Positions 58,188 to 64,000 of a stretch of 64,000 nucleotides of DNA are shown one piece after another. The notes below the pieces were generated by a model. The model did not search any database. It saw only the letters and a list, made by a program, of their open reading frames with translations, and was not told the DNA's origin. The stretch is taken from the NCBI GenBank assembly GCA_041305745.1, contig JBFYKV010000114.1, positions 883-64,882 of the forward strand. The letters run 5' to 3'. The translations under genes and the position numbers were made by a program. The stretch is from Methanoregulaceae archaeon. GTDB lineage: Archaea > Halobacteriota > Methanomicrobia > Methanomicrobiales > Methanospirillaceae. The stretch's first letter is position 1. Every line of letters starts with the position of its first letter.

Positions 58188-60269
58188 GTGTGCATGGTAT
58201 CCGCCGAAGACCTGGCCATCATACGAAATTCTCTCGGGAGAGAGCCAACAGACGTCGAATTAGCCTGTTTTGAGAACCTATGGAGCGAACACTGTTCGTA
58301 CCGGTCAACAAAAGACCTCTTAAGAACACTCCCTACTACCGGTCCGGATGTTCTGCTGGGACCGGGTGATGATTCCGCGATTGTACGCTTCAGTGATGAA
58401 TGGGCGCTTGCAGTGAGCATGGAAAGCCACAACCACCCGAGTTACGTAGACCCCCATGATGGCGCTGCGACCGGGGTGGGCGGTATTGTGCGGGATGTGC
58501 TCTCCATGGGCGCCCGGCCTGTCGCCCTGATGGACCCGCTGTATTTCGGCCCGCTTACAAAGGAGAAGAACCGCTATCTTCTCGAACATGTCGTCGGTGG
58601 TATCGGCGGATACGGGAATTGCATCGGGGTGCCCGTCGTCAGGGGAGATCTCGTATTCGACGAAGGTTACAATGGAAACCCACTGGTCAACGTGGTGTGC
58701 ATCGGCCTGGTCCGCCCCGACCGGTTCATCACTGCCCGCGTCAAAGAGCCGGGCAACCACCTTGTCCTGATCGGCGCATCCACGGGAAGGGACGGGCTTG
58801 GCGGTGCTTCGTTTGCTTCACGTGACCTCTCCGAGGACTCCGAGGCATCTGACCGCCCGAGTGTCCAGATCGGCGACCCTTTTACCGAGAAACTCCTCAT
58901 CGAGGCAATTCTTGAGATGGCTGAAACAGGAAGAGTCAGGGCATGCCGTGACCTCGGGGCGGCGGGTCTCGCAGGTGCCTCAAGTGAGATGTGCAGCACC
59001 TTCGGGGGCCTGATTCATGCTGACCGTGTTCACCAGCGCGAGGAGGGCATGCACCCGGTTGAGATCATGCTCGCTGAATCCCAGGAGCGTATGCTGGTCG
59101 AGGTCGATCCTGGCGATGTTGCACTGATGGGAACAATTGCAGAAAAATACGACCTGAAATGGAGTGATATAGGCGAGGTCATAGACGACCCGCGCTATAT
59201 TGTCAAATTCCACGGGAAAACCGTGGCAGATATACCGATTAACCTCCTGTGCGCAGAAGCTCCCCTCTGTCACTGGAAAACGGCGCCATATAATGCAGAA
59301 AAAGAATTCGTCCGCCCTCCGGGCGATATAAAAGAACTTGCCCTGAAAGTGCTCGCACACCCGGAAATTGCCTCAAAGTCCTGGATTGTAGAACAGTACG
59401 ACCATGATGTCCAGATCAGGACCGTCTCGCTCGGCGGAGATGCGTCCCTTCTGCGTATCGGAGATCAGGGCCTTGCCTCTTCCTGCGGCTGTAACCCGAG
59501 GCATATCTTTCTCTCCCCCTATGCAGGTACGGCAAACGCGATTATCGAGAATGCCGCAAACCTTGCCTGCACGGGAGCGGAACCGCTCTGCATTGTAAAC
59601 TGCCTTAATTTTGCAAGCCCGGTACACCCGGACATTTACTGGCAGCTCGAGCAGTGTATCCGCGGCATGGGGGACATGGCACGCACGATGAACATCCCGG
59701 TAGTGGGGGGGAATGTATCGCTCTACAACGAGAGCGACGAGATGCGAACCCAGATCAAACCCACCCCATCGATCGGGATGGTCGGGAAGTGTCCTGTACG
59801 GCACCTCCCGGTTCCCGCTTCAGGCTGGGGGCTTGCCCTTGCCGGAGAGACCGGTGAGCACTTCGGGGGCTCTGTCCTTGATGCGGTCACCGGTTGCGGG
59901 GGGCATGCACCCCCTGCTGCAGACCCCGGGCTGGTGACCCGCATACGAAAACTCGTCAGGAACTCGGACAGTGTCGCAGTTACCGACCTGTCACAGGGAG
60001 GCCTTCTTGCAGCCCTTGTCATGCTCTCGCCCCGCGCACGGGTGTCGCTGAAGGGAGACCTCTTTTCCATGCTCTTCTCCGAGACCGCCGGGAGGTTCCT
60101 CGTCGCCTTTCGTGATAAGGCAGAGATCAGGGATCTCCCGTGCACGGTCATCGGGGAGGTCGGGGGGGATGCGCTCTCGATTACCGCAGGAACACAGTCG
60201 CTTGTGCTCGAACAGGGGGTCATCAGCCAGGCGCTTTCTTCACTCTCAAAAATTATGCGGATTGAATAA
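58188..60269 (+). CDS. purL: phosphoribosylformylglycinamidine synthase subunit II
   Basis: 693 aa, [37 protein letters not shown]. Confidence 0.95.
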   Translation: MCMVSAEDLAIIRNSLGREPTDVELACFENLWSEHCSYRSTKDLLRTLPTTGPDVLLGPGDDSAIVRFSDEWALAVSMESHNHPSYVDPHDGAATGVGGIVRDVLSMGARPVALMDPLYFGPLTKEKNRYLLEHVVGGIGGYGNCIGVPVVRGDLVFDEGYNGNPLVNVVCIGLVRPDRFITARVKEPGNHLVLIGASTGRDGLGGASFASRDLSEDSEASDRPSVQIGDPFTEKLLIEAILEMAETGRVRACRDLGAAGLAGASSEMCSTFGGLIHADRVHQREEGMHPVEIMLAESQERMLVEVDPGDVALMGTIAEKYDLKWSDIGEVIDDPRYIVKFHGKTVADIPINLLCAEAPLCHWKTAPYNAEKEFVRPPGDIKELALKVLAHPEIASKSWIVEQYDHDVQIRTVSLGGDASLLRIGDQGLASSCGCNPRHIFLSPYAGTANAIIENAANLACTGAEPLCIVNCLNFASPVHPDIYWQLEQCIRGMGDMARTMNIPVVGGNVSLYNESDEMRTQIKPTPSIGMVGKCPVRHLPVPASGWGLALAGETGEHFGGSVLDAVTGCGGHAPPAADPGLVTRIRKLVRNSDSVAVTDLSQGGLLAALVMLSPRARVSLKGDLFSMLFSETAGRFLVAFRDKAEIRDLPCTVIGEVGGDALSITAGTQSLVLEQGVISQALSSLSKIMRIE

Positions 60270-60523
60270 TGCTTAAAGAGGCTCGTTGTGAAGTACCCTG
60301 CCCTGAAGAGCGGGGACTTCCCGCGCCGCATCCTTCACCCCCGCACGTTAAAAATGCCGGCCTGACCATTAACCGGCGTCCATTGTAAACGGCCGGCACA
60401 ATGTCCATGATCCAGGGCTGCCCGGAAAAAAGACCAGAATAAGAGACAGGGGTGAGAAGCCCCGGACCTGTTACGTACGGATTGTACCTATATTGAGGGT
60501 TTTTTTAAAACGACCGGAAAAAT

Positions 60524-61519
<996 letters not shown>

Positions 61520-61640
61520 CTAATCCATCAGTTATCGACAACAGAGCACTTAAATATTTTATAACAAGATTAAAAACACACATCTGATGGAACCACCGCT
61601 TGGGAGCGATGACATATTCACAACACTACAAGTCCGCACT

Positions 61641-62587
61641 ATGGACGAGAACTACCGGATGTCCAGTCCACGACTCCCGATATCCGCATCAACCTGACGC
61701 GTGTCGGCGTTAAGAACGTAAAGAAACTTGTTGAAGTATCCAGGCCTGATAAGAGACCTGTAATATTCATATCAAATTTCGATGTTTTCGTTGACCTTCC
61801 CGGAAGCCTGAAGGGAGCCAATCTCTCCAGGAACTTTGAGGTTATCGACGAGGTACTCCAGCAGGCTATCGACGGCGACGTAAAGGAGATAGAAGACCTC
61901 TGCAGCGTCGTCGCACGAAAACTGCTTGACAGGCATGAGTATGCCGACCGTACAGAAGTCCTGATGAACAGCCAGTTCATGGTAAAGCGCGAGACTCCTG
62001 TCTCGCATACGAGCTGTCACGAAGTCGTGAAAGTGCATGCCCGTGCCATAGCCCAGAGGACGTTTCGCGACCCGATCGTTCGTAAGAGCATTGGTGCCGA
62101 AGTAACGGGAATGACTGCCTGCCCCTGTGCCCAGAATATCATGAAGGAGCGGGCAATATATGTCCTCCAGGACCTCGGCGTCGAGGATGCAATAATTGAG
62201 CACTTCCTTGATGAAGTCCCGATGGCAACCCACAACCAGCGGGGGCGCGGCTTTTTATGCATCGAAATCGATGATGACCAGCACGTGAAACTGGAAAAAA
62301 TAATCAGGATCCTGAAGGAGTCGATGAGCGCATCAATTTATGAACTTCTCAAGAGAGGCGACGAAAGTTACGTGGTCCTTGGAGCGCATAAAAATCCACG
62401 ATTTGTAGAGGACTGTGTACGGGAAGTAGCCAAGAAAGTGCTTGCCGAGTTCAGTGATCTGCCCGGAGATTCGCTCATTATCATAAAACAGACCAACGAA
62501 GAGAGCATCCACCAGCACGATGCATATGCGGAACGGCTGGCTACGATGGCCGAGCTGTATGTCGAGTTAAACGGGGAGAATGCATAG
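61641..62587 (+). CDS. mptA: GTP cyclohydrolase MptA (FolE2/type IV family); 5' end disrupted or atypical
   Basis: ORF-track fragment 61964..62587 is only the C-terminal two thirds. The same frame is open back to TGA 61610-61612 and encodes GRELPDVQSTTPDIRINLTRVGVKNVKKLVEVSRPDKRPVIFISNFDVFVDLPGSLKGANLSRNFEV... It has no ATG, GTG or TTG before 61964. The only nearby ATG (61641, MDEN...) is out of frame by one nucleotide. Confidence 0.7.
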
Positions 62588-62964
62588 AAAAACAACAGTG
62601 GTGTGTGGCAGGTAACCCCGCAGATAACCCTCTCTTTTTACTCACAATCAGGCCCGGATGTCTTTGGTCCTGGAAAATAAGCCTTGTGACAATTTTTTCT
62701 TTCAGAGGCCGCACCACCCGGAAAATACCTTCCTGTATTAATTCAGTTTCCCTGACCCTGCAGATCCTGCATTGGCTTATAATCCTTTCGTATTTATATT
62801 CGGCGTCAGAACGGGCGAGAATTATTGCAAAGCAGATATATAATAAGAGATTGTTAATTATCGTGAACGTACTTAGTACGGTCAAACATCTTCGAAAGAA
62901 GAGATATGTGTGGATTTACACCGGTACCGATATGTGAACAACTCAATAAAATGAGGCGATAATA

Positions 62965-64000
62965 TTGTCGAAAGTAGTAGAGATTTCCCCAACCACAAGG
63001 CATGAGGGACACTCAAAGCTCGTATTAAAGGTTGATGATGCGGGCATCATAGAGCGTGGTGACTGGCTGAGCATCACCCCCGTAAGGGGAGTTGAGAAGC
63101 TCGCCATCGGCAAGACAATGGACCAGGTTCCAAAGATTGCATCACGTGTCTGTGGTATTTGTCCGATTGCCCACACCCTTGCCGGTATTGAATCTATGGA
63201 AGGTTCGATCCGCTGTGAGATCCCGAATGATGCAAAGCTTCTTCGTATCATTCTCCAGTGTGCAAACAGAATACACAGCCATGCACTGCACAACATACTG
63301 ACCCTGCCTGACCTTTATATCCCGGGTACGGAGACGAAGATCAATCCGTTTACTCCTGAAGAGCCTGTACGGAGCGTTGCAAAGCGTATCCAGAGACTCC
63401 GCGAGATAGCGCAGACCATCGGCGAGATTGCCGGAGGAGAAGCCGTACACCCGAGCAACCCCCGTGTTGGCGGTATGTACAAGGCATGCCAGCCACGCGC
63501 AGTCACCAAGATGTACGACCTCGCAAAAGAGGGAGTGGTCCTCGCCCACGAGCAGATGGACTTCATGATTGCCGTACTCCGTAACATGCAGAAGCGTGAC
63601 TGGACTGATGTCGGCGGAAAGCAGGTCCCGATCCCGAAAACCCTCGGGTACCACAGCCAGGGATACATGGCAGCTGACCCCGTTTATGGCAGCTCCAACC
63701 TTGATGAGTGCCCCCGCTGGGACCCCAGGCGCTGGACCGATGTCAGGCCATGGGACTGGTACATGGGCGAAGTTGAGGTAAGCCTCGCTGACCCGAGCTA
63801 CCCGATCGGCGGCACATCACCGGTAGGCACCAAGGCCAACCCGCAGATGGAAGCCTGCACCGGTGTTCCGCTCTATGACGGCGCCCCGGTAGAAGTAGGC
63901 CCGCGCGCCCGGATGGTGCAGTTCAAGAACTTTGATGAGAAAGGGACCTTCGCACAGCAGATTGCCCGCCAGATGGAATATCCTGACTGTCTGTACACCA
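62965..64000 (+). CDS. frhA: coenzyme F420-reducing [NiFe] hydrogenase subunit alpha (3' end outside the window)
   Basis: Not in the ORF track (TTG start, and it leaves the window). My translation gives (M)SKVVEISPTTRHEGHSKLVLKVDDAGIIERGDWLSITPVRGVEKL...ASRVCGICPIAHTLAG...VPLYDGAPVEVGPRARMVQF. GAGG lies 8 nt upstream of the TTG, and an in-frame TAA lies at 62947. Confidence 0.88.
   Translation, partial: MSKVVEISPTTRHEGHSKLVLKVDDAGIIERGDWLSITPVRGVEKLAIGKTMDQVPKIASRVCGICPIAHTLAGIESMEGSIRCEIPNDAKLLRIILQCANRIHSHALHNILTLPDLYIPGTETKINPFTPEEPVRSVAKRIQRLREIAQTIGEIAGGEAVHPSNPRVGGMYKACQPRAVTKMYDLAKEGVVLAHEQMDFMIAVLRNMQKRDWTDVGGKQVPIPKTLGYHSQGYMAADPVYGSSNLDECPRWDPRRWTDVRPWDWYMGEVEVSLADPSYPIGGTSPVGTKANPQMEACTGVPLYDGAPVEVGPRARMVQFKNFDEKGTFAQQIARQMEYPDCLYT

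Noticed and set aside
59723-60331. 202-aa minus-strand ORF.
   Set aside because: Antisense shadow of the purL 3' end; Ser/Pro/Arg-rich.
61639-62233. Minus-strand ORFs 61639..61980 and 61772..62233.
   Set aside because: Antisense to the conserved MptA frame.
62541-63668. ORFs 62541..62885(-), 62605..62937(+), 62943..63296(-), 63142..63654(-) and 63315..63668(-).
   Set aside because: The first two lie in the AT-rich frh upstream region and have no protein-like features. The others are antisense to frhA, whose + strand translation carries the RxCGxCP NiFe motif.

Overview
Chromosomal core region of an archaeon, most likely a hydrogenotrophic methanogen of the Methanomicrobiales type. That placement rests on mtd, mer, frhA, mptA, an mfnE-like kinase, a PGF-CTERM S-layer glycoprotein and archaeal r-protein gene order. 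Positions 1-14226 (minus strand) hold the complete archaeal S10/spc ribosomal super-operon, rpl3 through rpl15, followed by secY-adk-DUF106-cmk. Most of its gene junctions overlap by 1 or 4 nt. The rest is mainly housekeeping: methanogenesis C1 genes, the C/D and H/ACA RNP proteins, iorAB, nadXAC, aEF-1beta, aIF-2beta, purL, ilvC, M24 peptidases, and a cell-envelope block (PEGA-repeat protein plus S-layer protein). I hand-folded 7 tRNA genes and found a 7S/SRP RNA gene that the ORF track covers with spurious ORFs. I also recovered genes the track misses or truncates: cmk and frhA at the window edges, rps14, a Zn-ribbon gene, the N-terminal third of mptA, and several over-extended 5' ends. I saw no transposase, integrase, CRISPR array or recognisable toxin-antitoxin or defence system. 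The items most worth follow-up are:
- two ORF-free, hairpin-dense spacers (14.2-14.9 kb and 39.9-40.6 kb)
- the SRP RNA/mdh junction
- a divergent tubulin/FtsZ-superfamily protein
- a DNA methyltransferase translationally coupled to iorAB
- a cluster of membrane-anchored or secreted nuclease-like proteins (45.2-48.5 kb)
- an AAA ATPase-MBL hydrolase pair fused to a peptidase operon
- an aIF-2beta-TRAM fusion
- an apparent 1-nt frameshift at the mptA start
All family assignments come from reading motifs and gene order by eye. No database search, covariance model or tRNA scanner was run.
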